The notes under the pieces were generated by a model. It was given only the letters and a program-made list of their open reading frames with translations, had not been told where the DNA came from and ran no database searches. This document shows, piece after piece, positions 10,031 through 22,584 of a stretch of DNA of 64,000 nucleotides. Each line of letters begins with the position of its first letter. Within the stretch, counting starts at the first letter, position 1. The translations under genes were made by a program, and so were the position numbers. Source of the stretch: Camelus ferus (lineage: Eukaryota); assembly GCF_009834535.1 (NCBI RefSeq), contig NC_045697.1:69380001-69444000 (forward strand), given 5' to 3'.

Positions 10031-11984
10031 AACAGTCTACATTTACAACAAATAACAAGCTGAAGAATAGTTCAAAACACAGAAATAAGTTGCTTGCACA
10101 AGTCTAAATATGATCAAAATTAAATGTCCAATATATATGCACTCCAAGGTTACGAGTTGTGTATGTTCTCACTTGAAGAAATCTAACAGAAGTGAAAAAA
10201 ATGAAAGTAGAGATGATTGCATATAAAAGGCTCCCTTTTACAGAGGGATTTACCCAAGTATTCCTTTAACCAAGGAGCTTCCCCAGTAAAACTTAATTGT
10301 TCACTAATTGATCAGGGACAACCCAACAAAGGCTGTTGAGAGTGCATACGTGCTCTGGAAAGAGATGTCAGGAAGCTGGGGTCCCTCTTTAGCACACAGT
10401 CTTACCCAGGAGACCAGCCGCCTGTGTTTTTCTCCTCCCAGAGGAGCTCTGGCCCCTCTCAAGCCTCCTGGGAGCATCCCATATACCTGACGTGATGGGG
10501 ATGTGGTGGTGAGAGCCTTAGCTACCTTCTCAGCTGAAGGCCTGAGTTTTTCATTTTAGTCAGTCAGCTACCTTTTCTATGAGACTGCGAACTCCTTGAG
10601 GGCAGGAATCAGATTTTCTCTGTAGTGTGTTACCTTTCAAATATTCCACAAGTGCTGACTGCATAATATTATTTACTGAATAAATGAATGAATTCATTAA
10701 TAACTTTAGCATAAAATGGCAATGAAAGGTCAAACAGAAATAGTTACAAAGCAGCTCTGAAATTCTAATATGCAAGAAATCCAATTGCGTCACAAAAGTT
10801 CAGGTGACACATACAATTAAAGAGAAACAATCCTCAAAGCATCAAGTGAGCAAAATCTGTGTCCACGCTTATCCTATCTTTTCCTACAAAGGGACCTGTT
10901 TTCTATTGTGTTTGTAACTCTGCCTTGTACCCAAATGCACCACATTCACTGGGTTCACAATAAATGCTGTTGACAGAATGAATGACAAGGCAAAAAATAG
11001 CTCACAGTACTTTTCATTTTTTACAAGTGTGGAAAGCATATTAAACCATCTGCTGATTAAAAATATGCATGTTTTGACTTGCATATGAATCAAATTAACA
11101 TATATAAATGCAGCATCTCCACATCGCTAGATTCACAGCCACAGCCAATAAATTTCCATGTTTCTTCAAATTCATCGATCCCAGAGTGACATGATTGAGC
11201 TATTAGGCATAAAATACACAGTAATGGTTTATAACTAAAAACTCATTTTTGCTTTATTTCAAGTCAATGATCATTTATCCTCTAAACATAAAAAAAAAAG
11301 GCATAAGATAATTGGGATTCTAAAATTATATGTTCAGATTTGCTCTATAAATACCTAATGTCACCATGGGAAACTAAAGTTTGAGGTACAGAACAGGAAC
11401 TATTACCCCTCAGTATGATGAATTAGGAATAACCAAAGTACCATAGGTTAAACCCTAGCACCTTGCTGCCTTATATAACCTGAGAAATGGGAAAGGTCTC
11501 AAGTTGCAGCTTCTGGAACCTCAGCTTCCACTTGCCCCTCTGCTCCCACTGGTCCATCACCACCGCCTTCTCTCCAAGACTGTCTGGAGCAGGGAAGATT
11601 CTCTGTGAAGCAGAGGAACAACTCTGTATACTGTTGCTCTCATGGACCAGGCAACCCTCCTGGAGGGAAGAACACATCCAACTGCACACCTAGGTCAGTC
11701 GAAACACCAGGTCTGGGCCAAGACTATTAAGAGGGGGTCAACTGCTGTTACAAAGAGTGGGTTTGTCCCTTCCTCTTGACTCCTCGGCCCCACAAGACTC
11801 ACCACCATCTAGAGTATCTCTCTAGGACCAAGGATGTAGCCTAGGAGGACTCTCCTGTACCCAGGCTCTCCGTTGGCACCCTGCTATTGATATATCTCTG
11901 GCAGCACAGAAATGCCCAGCACTTTGGTCATTGGGCCCTCCCAGGACTGCTGTCACTGAGCCATTGAGAACCATAGACGTTTTC

Positions 11985-12155
11985 CAGAGCACTGTTTTCT
12001 AGCCTTGTCTGGTGGTAAGAATCATCTAGGGCTATTGACATAAACATAAATTCCCAGGTCCTTTCCCTAGACGTTCATTTTCAGTAAGTCTATTTGGGGT
12101 CCAGGAATCAGAATTTTTAACAAGTGCTATGCTGGGGAATTTGGGGAAATACTGA
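11985..12155. mobile_element. MER5-family hAT MITE remnant
   Basis: taagaatcatctagggc...ttcccaggtcc...ggggtccaggaatcagaatttttaacaagtg. Confidence 0.5.
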
Positions 12156-13075
12156 GTTCAGCACATTTTCAAACTGTTCCAGAGAGTCTCATGGTAGGAG
12201 GGAGGTGCCCTGTGTAGATTGGATTCAAGCCTTGTCATCTATGGGGAAAATGAAGGTGAGTGTGCTTTGTACACTGGGTATTTCTGTAAACCCAAGGTAT
12301 ATCATCATTATCATAATTCTATACCTTTCGCCCCAGCTACCAGGACAATATGCATAGCTGGGGTGAGCTTCTCCTCAAGGCACAGGGCTAAGTGACCAGC
12401 CCCAGTCTCTGAGGATGAGGAGTGGCCAAAGGCAGAGGAGAAAGGGAGGAGGAGGAGGAGCAATGGCTGGAGCCTGGAAATTAACACGTGTATTTCAATC
12501 CACAGCTGCTCTGGCTGCTGACATGCAGTAAAGGAAGAAGGAGGGAGAGTCAGGGAGAAATGCAAACAGCATGAATTTTCCAGACATTAAAGACTGAATG
12601 TGTTAGCTGAATTATTCATTTATCAAACTGCCAATTTTTTTTAGTACTACTATGTGAATAAATGTGAGTTGGGCTCTCAGGAGCAACTTGGTGCTAAGAT
12701 AAGCACCTATATGATGGGTCGCCATGCAAAGTTGGGTGCCTGTGAGGTTTCGTCATTCCATGAGGTTGCCACAGCTGGGGAAAAGTCTCTATGCTGGCAG
12801 TTTTGCTGCTGACTTATCATAAATTAAAGATGGATCTGTAGTTAGAGCACTGTCTCCCCCATGTACACAAAGACCAGGCCCTTCCTTAAAATACTGAGGA
12901 AGAAAATTTGCAATGATGCCAGATGTAAAAGAAATGCATATTCTGATAGGGTGCTAGGAGATCATTTATTTGAGACTTGAACAAGAAGTTGTGAGTTACA
13001 TAGTGGCCTGTAGAATCACCTGGCACTAAGAAAAGGAAAATCATGCTCCAAGTCTCCTTAAGAAGATGAATTCAG

Positions 13076-13205
13076 GAGGAAGGGTATAGCTCAAGTGGTA
13101 GAGCGCATGCTTAGCACCCAAGAGGTCAGGAGTTCGATTTCCTCCAAGCAGAAATCAATGAAGAAACCTAATTACCTCTCCCTCATAAAACAAACAATAT
13201 GAGCC
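13076..13205 (+). mobile_element. Camelid tRNA-derived SINE (Vic-1-like)
   Basis: Head gggtatagctcaagtggtagagcgcatgcttagc with A/B boxes and the aaacctaattacc tail motif; perfect 16-bp TSD AAGAAGATGAATTCAG (13060-13075 / 13206-13221). Confidence 0.9.
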
Positions 13206-13271
13206 AAGAAGATGAATTCAGTCTTCTGTGATTGAATATATTCCTGTATAGTAGCAGAGAAATGTACTGGT

Positions 13272-13386
13272 GTTTTTTTTTAAAAAAATATTTTTTTTTT
13301 CCTTAACAGAGACACTGGAGATTGAACCTAGGACCTCGTGCACACCAAGCACATGCTCTACCACTGAACTATATACCTCCCATCCC
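13272..13386 (-). mobile_element. Camelid tRNA-derived SINE (Vic-1-like)
   Basis: Reverse-complement head (gattgaacctaggacctcgtgcac...ctctaccactgaactata) with a poly-T tail to its left. Confidence 0.88.
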
Positions 13387-14345
13387 TGGACTGATGATCT
13401 CATCTGAAGCCATGATTATACAGCTAAGTATTAGCAACTCAACTCAGCAAAGGCACATTGTACAAATAAACAGCATGATGAGTAGAGCAGTTAGAACTCC
13501 TAGCTGCAATTGTTTGGGAAGATTCTTTCAAGTTTCTGAATAAATTTTAAAAGATACAGGAATTCAAAGTTAACGCTCCTCAAGCTCAGAAATGTATCTT
13601 AGCCTCTTTAGAAGTTGCGGCTCCTTTCATTGTGACAAACATCCCCAAGGAGTCGAGTTGCAGCCAGGAGATGGCTTTGGGGTAAATAGGAAGTCTATTA
13701 GATGCCAAAAGTGTATTCAGTATCAAATATGCCTCTGAATAGCCTCTTTTGACAGTCACATAAAATATGCAAAAGACACTTAACAATTCTCATTTTCAAT
13801 TATAATTCCTTAGGTCTTATTACTTCTTCCTCAGATATGTATAAAAAAAGTTTTTCCATGCCTATCCTGCTGATAAAATTTCAATCACGGAAACTTTCCC
13901 TTTCAAACTAACAAGGCTTTTTTATCTCCCTGAGTTGGCAAGATAACGACTTTACAGGCCACTCAGAATTACGAGAGAATTGAAACTGGAGCAGCACAGG
14001 CAAATGAGATCCCTGCAGATAAACCACATAATTCAGGGCAGTCAGGAGTTGCAGCCTCTTCCCTCACTTAACCTTGTACCAAAGCTGTGGTGGGTAATTT
14101 AATTCCCTGAGCGCCTTTCTCTGTTGAAATGAACATGAATTTTCAGGTGACGTTAGACTGATGGAGGGGGAGGCAACACCCTGCAAAGGGAGGAAAACTG
14201 TACCAGGGCTTAGGAAATCTACCCTAATTAACTTGACGCCTTAAATCAGTTACTTCACTTCTTAAAAACCTTAGTTTTCTTATCTGAAAGGGAGGAGGTT
14301 AGATTGAATTTGTGGGCTAGAGATCTTGATCTAGAAGAATTGTCA

Positions 14346-14485
14346 GGGCTGGGGGTGTAGCTCAAGTGGTAAAGCACATGCCCAACATGCACAAGGTCCT
14401 GGGTTCAATCCCCAGTACCTCCACTAAAAATACATAAACCTAATTACCTCCACCTGCCCCACAAAAAGGGGGAAAAAAAAGAGAG
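14346..14485 (+). mobile_element. Camelid tRNA-derived SINE (Vic-1-like)
   Basis: gggtgtagctcaagtggtaaagcacatg...ggtcctgggttcaatccccagtacctcc...aaacctaattacc. Confidence 0.9.
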
Positions 14486-14921
14486 CTAAAAGAACTCTCC
14501 AAAGTCCCTGCTTGGGGCAAGTGGGAAAAATAAGTGGGTTCTGGGCTGTGGTTCTCTCAGAACAGTTCTGTTTTGTTTACACATTGGGGTTTTACATAAG
14601 ATTTCATTTTCTGAAAGGTAACCCACGGCAAGGAAAGTTTGCAAACCCCTGGACTAAAACAACTGTTTCCTTCCAGCTCTTACATGCTCTGATTCTTTAA
14701 CATTCAACAATAAGAGAGCCGAATGCCTGCTCAGGACACCAGAAGGTTGTCAGTTAAAGTATTCACTAGATATTGATAGAATCTGCAAAATGAAGAGATG
14801 CTTGGAGGATGTGAAAGAGGAAACAGAGAACCCAGGTGACACATCTCCCTTCCAGGTCGGGGAGAAGAGCTGTATCACTCTTTCCTCCTTCCCTTCTCCC
14901 AGCACATGCCTACCCCTCACC

Positions 14922-15100
14922 TAGTTGTTCTCAACTCTGGCTGCCCAACAGATTCGCCCATGGAACTATTCAGGGGCCTGGGCTCCTGAGATTCTGAGTC
15001 AACAGATGTAGGAACAGAAATTTTTCAGCTATTTCACTTTGGTTTGGTTTTAAGATCCATAGGTCACTTTGATGTGTAACTAGGATTGAGAATCTCTGCT
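14922..15100. mobile_element. MER5A-like MITE
   Basis: Termini tagttgttctcaactctggctgc ... ggattgagaatctctg resemble the MER5A terminal inverted repeats. Confidence 0.55.
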
Positions 15101-15974
15101 TGGCTTCAGCTCTCCAACCTTCACTAAGACTATTTATTCTATTAAAAGACATCAACAACCTCCTACAGGCCAGTTATCATTTGTAGGCAGACGACTCCAA
15201 GTGCAACTCTCGAGAGACGTCCACCTTCCATCTGGGTGTTTCAGCTCTTCGCCCACCAACCAGCCCTGCCTCCAATATCCATCTATCTGTCAGTGGCCCC
15301 ATGCTTCTTCCAGTGTCTCAGGCTCCCAGGGACCCGAAGGCATCTTTGATTCTGCCACTCCTGTGCTCCCAGCATCCTATCTGCACAAGCTTAACAAACC
15401 TACCCTTGTATCTGTCCTTAAATCAGGTCTCATCTTTTTATTCCTACTGCCACTCCTCAACCAGGCTCCATTTTTTGTTTATGGGACTCTCATCTCCCGA
15501 CTTTACCCTCTTCAATCTATATTAATCTGACTTTGTTAGCCCCTTGTTGAAAAACTTCAATGGGTCCCTGTAGCCCACCTTAAAAAATAAACCCCTTCAT
15601 CTATCTTTTAAGTTCCACAGTAGGAACCTAATCTAAGTTTCCAGCCTCATCTTTAATTACAGAGCAGCATGAACACAATCCACCAACTAAAGAGCTCTTC
15701 TGTAAACATGTCCTAGGCTTTCCTGATTGCACGCCTTCACCCTTACTGCTCCCTCAGCCTAGAAGACCCTCCTCCCCATTCTATGCCCCTCCCTTCCTAA
15801 AGGCTCCCTACAGTCTCCAAATGAATCTGAAGCACAATGGAAAACACTGTGCTTGACCATGTTTCATGGCAGTCATTACATCCTGTCTTGGAGTGTGGTT
15901 ATCTATGGCTGTATCTCATCCCCTTTCCTGAGCCTCTGCTTCTTCAGAGCACTGCCCTGTGAGCCTTGCAGCTG

Positions 15975-16205
15975 TATAGAAAGAGTGGACTTGGAGCCAG
16001 AGAGCCTTCTGTTTAAATTCCAGCTCTGCCATCCAACAGCTGTTTGACCTAGTTCACATTATTTAGCCCTTCCCTACTTCAGTTTCCCAATTTGTGAAAT
16101 GGGAATATTAACATCCAGTTCCTAGGATTCAAGTGAAGTTTGAATGAGATAAAATGTGTAAGATGTCTGACACAAAAAAAGGCTCTCAACAAATGGTAGT
16201 TTCCG
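15975..16205 (+). mobile_element. MIR SINE
   Basis: ttggagccagagag...ttaaattccagctctgcca...ttcagtttcccaatttgtgaaatgggaata...aatgagataaaatgtgtaag (MIR core). Confidence 0.8.
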
Positions 16206-16599
16206 TTAGCAACTGTCAGATGGGGGCTGGACAGGCTTTTCTACAATGGAAGGTGATGTCCTGCTAACCGAGCCTTGTGGGAACCTTCCTCGATAGATAT
16301 CCACTACCTGGTCCTTTGTACTCAATAAGATGATGATAGGGCTATTTTAAATTTTGAGACAAGACTCTGAAACAGAGTAATGGTTTCTTACCTCTTATCT
16401 ATTGGCCAATAATAATAAAGGTTGGTAGTAATAGTGAAATGGCAAAAAGCCTGAAAAGAAAGAAAAAGGAGCAAGAAAATTCGGATTAAAATATCCAGCA
16501 ATATATTCAAGAGACATAAAATGGCCACAACTTTGCAGTGCATGTATTATCAAGTTACATTATGCAGTACATAAAGGAATAAGCCACCACAGTCAGGAA

Positions 16600-19500
16600 G
16601 GTAGAAATCATTAAATAATAGGAGGGCTATTAATATAAAACATCAAATACAAAAAAAAAATTGCTTCTATAGACGCTTGAAATGTATTTGATAAGATTCA
16701 ACACCAATCCCTAATAACATTATTTTGAGAGTAGAAATAGAAAAAAATATTTCTTTAATATAAGAAAAGTATAAGAGTAAAACCAATAGCCAGTATTATG
16801 TTTAATAGTAAGACATTAGTGATATCCTTATTAAAAATATGTAGAAAAGGAGGAATATTACTTAATATTGTTCTGAAAGTTATAGTCAATGCAATAAGAC
16901 ATAATACAAAATTAGAGGTATATTATTAGTAATGAAGAGATAAAATGATATCTCTCTTTGGGAGATGAAGTCATTATATAACTAGAACAAAGAAATAATT
17001 TTAAAATTGATTAAACACAGGGGATGAATGTAAGAAATCAAAAGCATTTCAATACAATTGAAATAATCAACTAGAAACTTTTACAATACATACTTACATG
17101 TAGTTCTAAAATTTTTTTGAGATGGTTGTGAGAAAAAATGAATACAGAGAGCCCAGACACAGTAACAACGAAAAATATAAAATATCCTAGAACTAGCCTT
17201 AAGGCATGGTATCTTTCACCTATTCAAAGAAAAGAGCAAAATTTTATTGAGATATATATATTATTAAAGATTGAGAAAATGGGAAAATATACTGTGTTCT
17301 TGATCAGGAAGACATTGCTATAAATATTTAAATATTTTCAAAATTCCATAGGTTTAATCAAGACCATCAACAAGTATTTATTCAGCACCTACCGTATGCC
17401 TAACAAAATTCTAGGTACTGAGGATAACCATGCGGGCAGCCAAAAACACAAAGACTGCCTGCATGGTGTTTAGATACTTACAGAGTTGACACACCAAACA
17501 AATACAGTCTTGCTTTAATATAATGTCAGGTAATGATATGTGCACTGAATAAAAATTAAACAGGGTTGAGAGAGAATGAGAGGAGGGGGATGCTGTTTAG
17601 AACAGAGGGATCAGGAAAGGCCTCTGAAGAAGTAACATTTGAACAGATAATTGCATCAAGTGCAGTAGAGAGCCATGTGGCTGTCAGGAGGAATAGTGTT
17701 TCTTGCAGAGGGAACAGCAAATGCAAAGGCCCAGACATGGAATCATGTTTGATGTCTTCCAGAAATAATAACTGATCCAGCGTTGCTGAAGCAGAGCAAG
17801 TGATGTGATCATTGCAGGAGATGAGGACAGAAGAAACATGAGACAGATCATTTATGGGCCTTGTAGACCACATAGGGACTTTGGCTTTTGTCCTAAGTCT
17901 GATGGCAGCCATTGGAAGATTCTGATCAGGTAAGAATGTGATCTAATTACATTTTTTAAAAAAGATTTATCTGGTCTCAGAGCCGAGAATAGATAAGGTA
18001 GAAGTGAGAGAGTAATAGTGAGATCAATTAGGAGCCTATTTCAATAATTCAGGCTGGAAAAAATAGGCTTGTTCTTGGGGAGTCGGGTAGAGAAATCAAA
18101 AGTAGAATCCTGATACAGATTAGAGACAGACATTAAAGATTTGCCGATGGGTTAAGTATCCTCTTACTTAAGAGTAAGAGAAAGAAAGGAATCAAGGTTG
18201 GACGCCAGGTTTTTGTCTCGAAGACCTGGTTGGATCACAGTGTTAATTAATGAGACGAGGAAGACTGGAAAAGTAGCAGGAGTTGGCAGACTGAAATCAA
18301 GAGCTGGGTTTTGAACATGTCAAATTTGAAATTTCTATCGGACACCAAGTGGAGACATTGAGCAGGCAGTTCCCATGAATTTGAAACTCAGGGGAGCTTC
18401 TCGGTCCATCAGCACGGGGCTGAAATGTAAAGACAGGATTGGATGAGGTCATCTATGGAGAGAATACACAGAGAGATGCCTAGGGAATGCCATGTTCAGA
18501 GTTTGGGACAAGGAAGAAGATCCTGCAGAGAAGACTGAAAGGAGGCAGCTAGTAAAACAGGAGAGAACCTGAGAGTCTCAGAAGCCAAATAAGTGGTTTA
18601 ATATAACTCCCATCCAAGTATCAATGATTCATTTTTACTAACTGACAATATCACTCTAAAACATACCAGAAAAGCTTAATGCACACCTAGGATAATGGGT
18701 CATCTCACCACATTTTCTTTTGTAACAAATGACATGGACATGTTTTTATGATCTTATAAAATGAAAATGAAATCTTTCTTTCTTAAAAATAATCTATATG
18801 CTTGTGTAAGCATTCTATCTCCCACTATCCAACCTCTCCATTTTTATTCTTTTGTACTTGTTTCAGTCACCTGGCTGGTGTCCTTGCAGCAAGTTAATAA
18901 AATGTAGCAAGTGCTTGAGAAAAATACGTCTAAGAAATTTTCCTTTTGATACTCATAAAGTGATCCTAGGAGAATCTACATGCCATAAGGAAGCATATTA
19001 AACCGTTGGGCAGGCACAAATTATTCAATGAATGGTGTTGGGACAAGTGTCGAGCCATATGAAAACAAAATTGATCTCTCACTTCATTCTACACAGCAAA
19101 GTAAATTCTAGATTGATTAAAAAGTTAAATATTTAAAGTTCTGACAAAAGAAATATTTGAAGAAAATATGGACATCTATTTGTAAAACTTCTACAAGGGG
19201 GAAGATTTCTTAAGCTTAGAAATAACAGAAGAAATTATAAAGCAAAAGACAAGCAATTTTGAATCAATAAAAATGAAAAATTCAATGCACAAATAACTAT
19301 GTGGTAAATATTAAAACAGGAAAATATTTTCAATAAAACATCAAAGTTGATATATTTTCTACATAAAAAATTTATGCAAACTAATCAGAAAAGCAATGGG
19401 ACCCCAGTGGTAACTGGTCATTAGAGTATTTAAAAAATTATATTATTACCCAAAAGAGAAAAGCCAGCTAGTCAACTTATATGCCACCATGTTCATTCTT

Positions 19501-19610
19501 GATAATTATCAAAGAAATAATACAACAAATTGTTATAATTTTTCACCAGTACTATTACTAAAGATTAGTTTTTAAAAATCATAATATACAGTCTTGAGAA
19601 GAGTTCAATA
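16600..19610 (+). mobile_element. Ancient degraded L1 ORF2 (L1M/L1ME-like), interrupted by an L2
   Basis: Remnants of L1 ORF2 motifs in order: SIDAxxxFDKIQH (~16665-16705), RFN|xxPI (17350 / 18600), FNxWCWDxW (ttattcaatgaatggtgttgggacaagtg, ~19021). Many stops and frameshifts. Confidence 0.7.
17362..18594 (-). mobile_element. L2 LINE 3' portion
   Basis: caacaagtatttattcagcacctaccgtatgcc (L2 3' end in reverse), followed by typical L2 blocks (ggtcaggaaaggcctctgaagaagtaacatttgaacaga-like; gggccttgtagaccaca; ttttgaacatgtcaaatttgaaat). Confidence 0.85.
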
Positions 19611-19654
19611 GAGAGGACTCTTTTTCACTATCTTTTTTTTACTATTTATTTACT

Positions 19655-19975
19655 ACCTTTTTTATTGAGGTACAGTTGATTTACAATATCATGTAATTTC
19701 AGATATACAAAATAGTGATTCACAATTTTTAAAGGTTATATTCCATTTATAGTTATAAAATATTGGCTATATTCCCTATGCTGTACACTATATCCTTGTA
19801 GCTTATTTATTTTATATATAGTAGTTTGTACCTCTTCATCCTCTACCCTACCCTCTCCCCACTGGTAACCATGGTTTGTTCTCTGTATTTGTGAATCTGT
19901 CTGGTTTTTGTTATATTTACTAGTTTGTTTTATTTTTCAGATTCCACATGTAAGCGATACCATACAATACGTCTT
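19655..19975 (-). mobile_element. Cetartiodactyl L1 3' end
   Basis: ttttattgaggtacagttgatttacaat...ctatattccctatgctgtac...ccactggtaacca...agattccacatgtaag. Confidence 0.85.
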
Positions 19976-20060
19976 TAAGACGTACTTCTTTTGCTCTGAT
20001 GGACATTTAGATAAGCAACTTGAATTTGTATCAAGATCCTTTAAAAAAAGGTCCATGTTT

Positions 20061-20222
20061 GAGGGGAGGGTATACCTCAAGTGCTAGAGTGCATGCTTAG
20101 CAGGCACAAGGTCCTGGGTTCAATCACCAGTACTTCCATTAAAAAAAATAATAATATAAATAAACCTAATTATCAACCTCCCCAGAAAAGACTAAACTAA
20201 ATTTTTAAAAAATGATTTATTT
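20061..20222 (+). mobile_element. Camelid tRNA-derived SINE (Vic-1-like)
   Basis: ggggagggtatacctcaagtg...ggtcctgggttcaatcaccagtac; degenerate TSD aaaaaaaggtccatg / aaaaaaaagtctatg. Confidence 0.88.
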
Positions 20223-20914
20223 TTAAAAAAAAGTCTATGCTCAATGGATGGCCCAGCATCTCCACTTGTAGACTAGATTAAAGAAATAATTCTTACATGG
20301 AGAAAGCTTTTTACATATATATATATATATCATAATTTATAAAAGCTTCAAAATGGAAATAGTAGAAAAATTTTGGATACAGTGGACCTGAAGTGGTTAA
20401 ATTAGAAAACAGCCTTCCCTGTTACAGCCAGAAATAATTCTTAACGTTACAAAAGCAGTTTCACTGTGTGTATATTTCTGCCCAGTGGAGATCTCTTTGT
20501 AGCTCTGACCCCAATCAGTAAGTTACTCTGTCCACCAAGAGAAGAATTTAGCTTTTCTCCACACAATGTAGGCAGAACTTAGAGGCCACTGATCAGGGAA
20601 CACAGAGAACCCAGATTAAGGGACTAGACAGCTTCAAGGTCTTGCAATAGAAAGGGAGGTTCCTCTGACAATAAATAAGCAGTGGTAGGCATTTTGCAGA
20701 GCTTACTGAAGGAAAACAAAGTTTCCTTTGCTATGAAATTGATAAAGACTATTATTTTGAGCAAACTCAAAGCAAAGACAGACTTTTTGCAGAGAAATAA
20801 GGGCCAGAAAATGACATTCTTGCAAAACTAGCATAGGAAGCAGATGAAGATGAGCAGCAGAACAGAGGAATCTAGACCAGACTAGAGACTGCCCACTAAG
20901 TCACACTTCCATGC

Positions 20915-21265
20915 ATGTTCGTTTATTCACTCACTCTCTCATTAATTTATCAGTTGATTCATCAAATATTTATTGAGCACCAAATATATGCCAGGCACAA
21001 AGCAAGTATTGGGGGTTACCTTAGTGAAAAAAACGAAGATCTTCTTTCATAGAACATATAATGGTAGCAAAGCTAAGATTGAAACAATAATAACACAAAT
21101 TATTATTTAAGTTCAAATGTGATACGTACTAACAAAAGAGAAGTTTTGAAGTCTGTGAGAGTAAGTAGCAGGAGAACCTAACCTAATTCAGAGGATCAGA
21201 GAATCCTTTAGGTTTCTCTGGGATTCAAAATTTTAAGTGAAATTTGAAAGGTGAAAAAGATTAAG
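20915..21265 (-). mobile_element. L2 3' fragment
   Basis: ttcatcaaatatttattgagcaccaaatatatgccaggcac. Confidence 0.7.
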
Positions 21266-21860
21266 CTAGGCTAAAAATTTTTTACCAATTCTTTAGTGGA
21301 GAAGGAATTGGAAAACTTACTTTTGGTTTACTGAATATATAATGTACATATGTTTCCCACACAGTGAAATTAAGTATGATTATAGCTTTTGTTCCATTGT
21401 ATGAATTCCATCATATTTAATAAATTCTATTATTTTTATAAAGACCTAAATTATTCATCTGGATGGATTTTCAGGCTGGATGGACCCTTTCCATCTATTT
21501 AGTCAAGATGCTGGCATTTGGCAATACTTTGGTCTGGGTTACTAATCATTATCAAAATTAATGGTTCACTACAGGCATATGAAGAGCATACATTAATTTA
21601 AAACAAATATGTGTTGAGTGACTATAGTGTGCTAAGCTCTATTTTCACAGCTGAAGTCACAGTACAGAAGAAGACAGGCGAGGTTTCTGACTTTTTGGAG
21701 TTCACATTCTAGTATGAACTTAAATTCTATGCTTCTAATGATCTGATTAACATTCCTGATAGCAGTACATACAAATGATCACTTTCTTGTGTTCTCATCA
21801 GCATTGGGTATCATTGTTCTTGCTTTTATAATGAAGAAAAGAACAAAAAATTTTAGGCAT

Positions 21861-22317
21861 TGTTATGGGTTGGATTATGTCCCCACCAAAAGACACGTTA
21901 AAGCCCTAACCCCCATTACCTCAGAATGTGACCTTATTTGGAAGGAGGGTTTTTGTAGATGTAATTGGTTATGACAAAGTCATTAGAGTCGGCCCTAATG
22001 GAGTATGACTTGTATCCTTATAAAAAGGGGAAATTTGGGCCCAAAGACACATACACAGGGAGAATGCCACGTGAAGACGAAGACAGAGATCGAAGCTAAG
22101 AAACTACAAGCCAAGGAATGCCAATGATTGCCGCAAACCACCAGAAGACAGGAGAGAGGCCTGGAGCTGATTCTCCCTCCCAGCCCTCAGAAGGAACCAG
22201 CCCTGCCAACCCATCAATCTCAGATGTCTAGCCTCCCGAACTGTGAGACAAGGATTTCTGTTATTTAAGCCACCAGTCTGTGCTACTTTGTTATTGCAGC
22301 CAGAGCAAACTAATACA
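21861..22317 (+). mobile_element. MaLR solo LTR (MLT1C-like)
   Basis: TG...CA termini (tgttatgggttgg ... gcaaactaataca), internal cctcagaatgtgaccttatttgga, 5-bp TSD GGCAT/GGCGT. Confidence 0.88.
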
Positions 22318-22584
22318 GGCGTATTTCTTACTTTGGGTTCCCCTGAAAGCAGAGATTGAGAAAAGGACTCGGATGCTAATTAATGTTTGTTGACAGTTGT
22401 GCACAGGATGTAAACCTTGCTCTCAGAAGTATCACAATGTTTTGTTAGTTTATCTTCTCTTATTTTCCCAGTGGATTTAGACATAAGAGATAACCAAGCA
22501 ACCCAAAGGCCTTCAATGAACAATAAAGGTCTCCATCCTAGATTGCCAAATTGGAGTACTTAATGATTAGAATGGGATGCCTGA

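Noticed and set aside
13122..13137. GAGGTCAGGAGTTCGA resembles the primate Alu B-box region
   Set aside because: A short match centred on the shared Pol III B-box, inside a camelid SINE with an intact TSD. No other Alu sequence is present, so this is neither contamination nor horizontal transfer.
13076..13140. tRNA gene-like sequences (this and the other nine SINE heads)
   Set aside because: They have A/B boxes but also SINE tails, TSDs and degenerate stems, so they are SINEs rather than functional tRNA genes.
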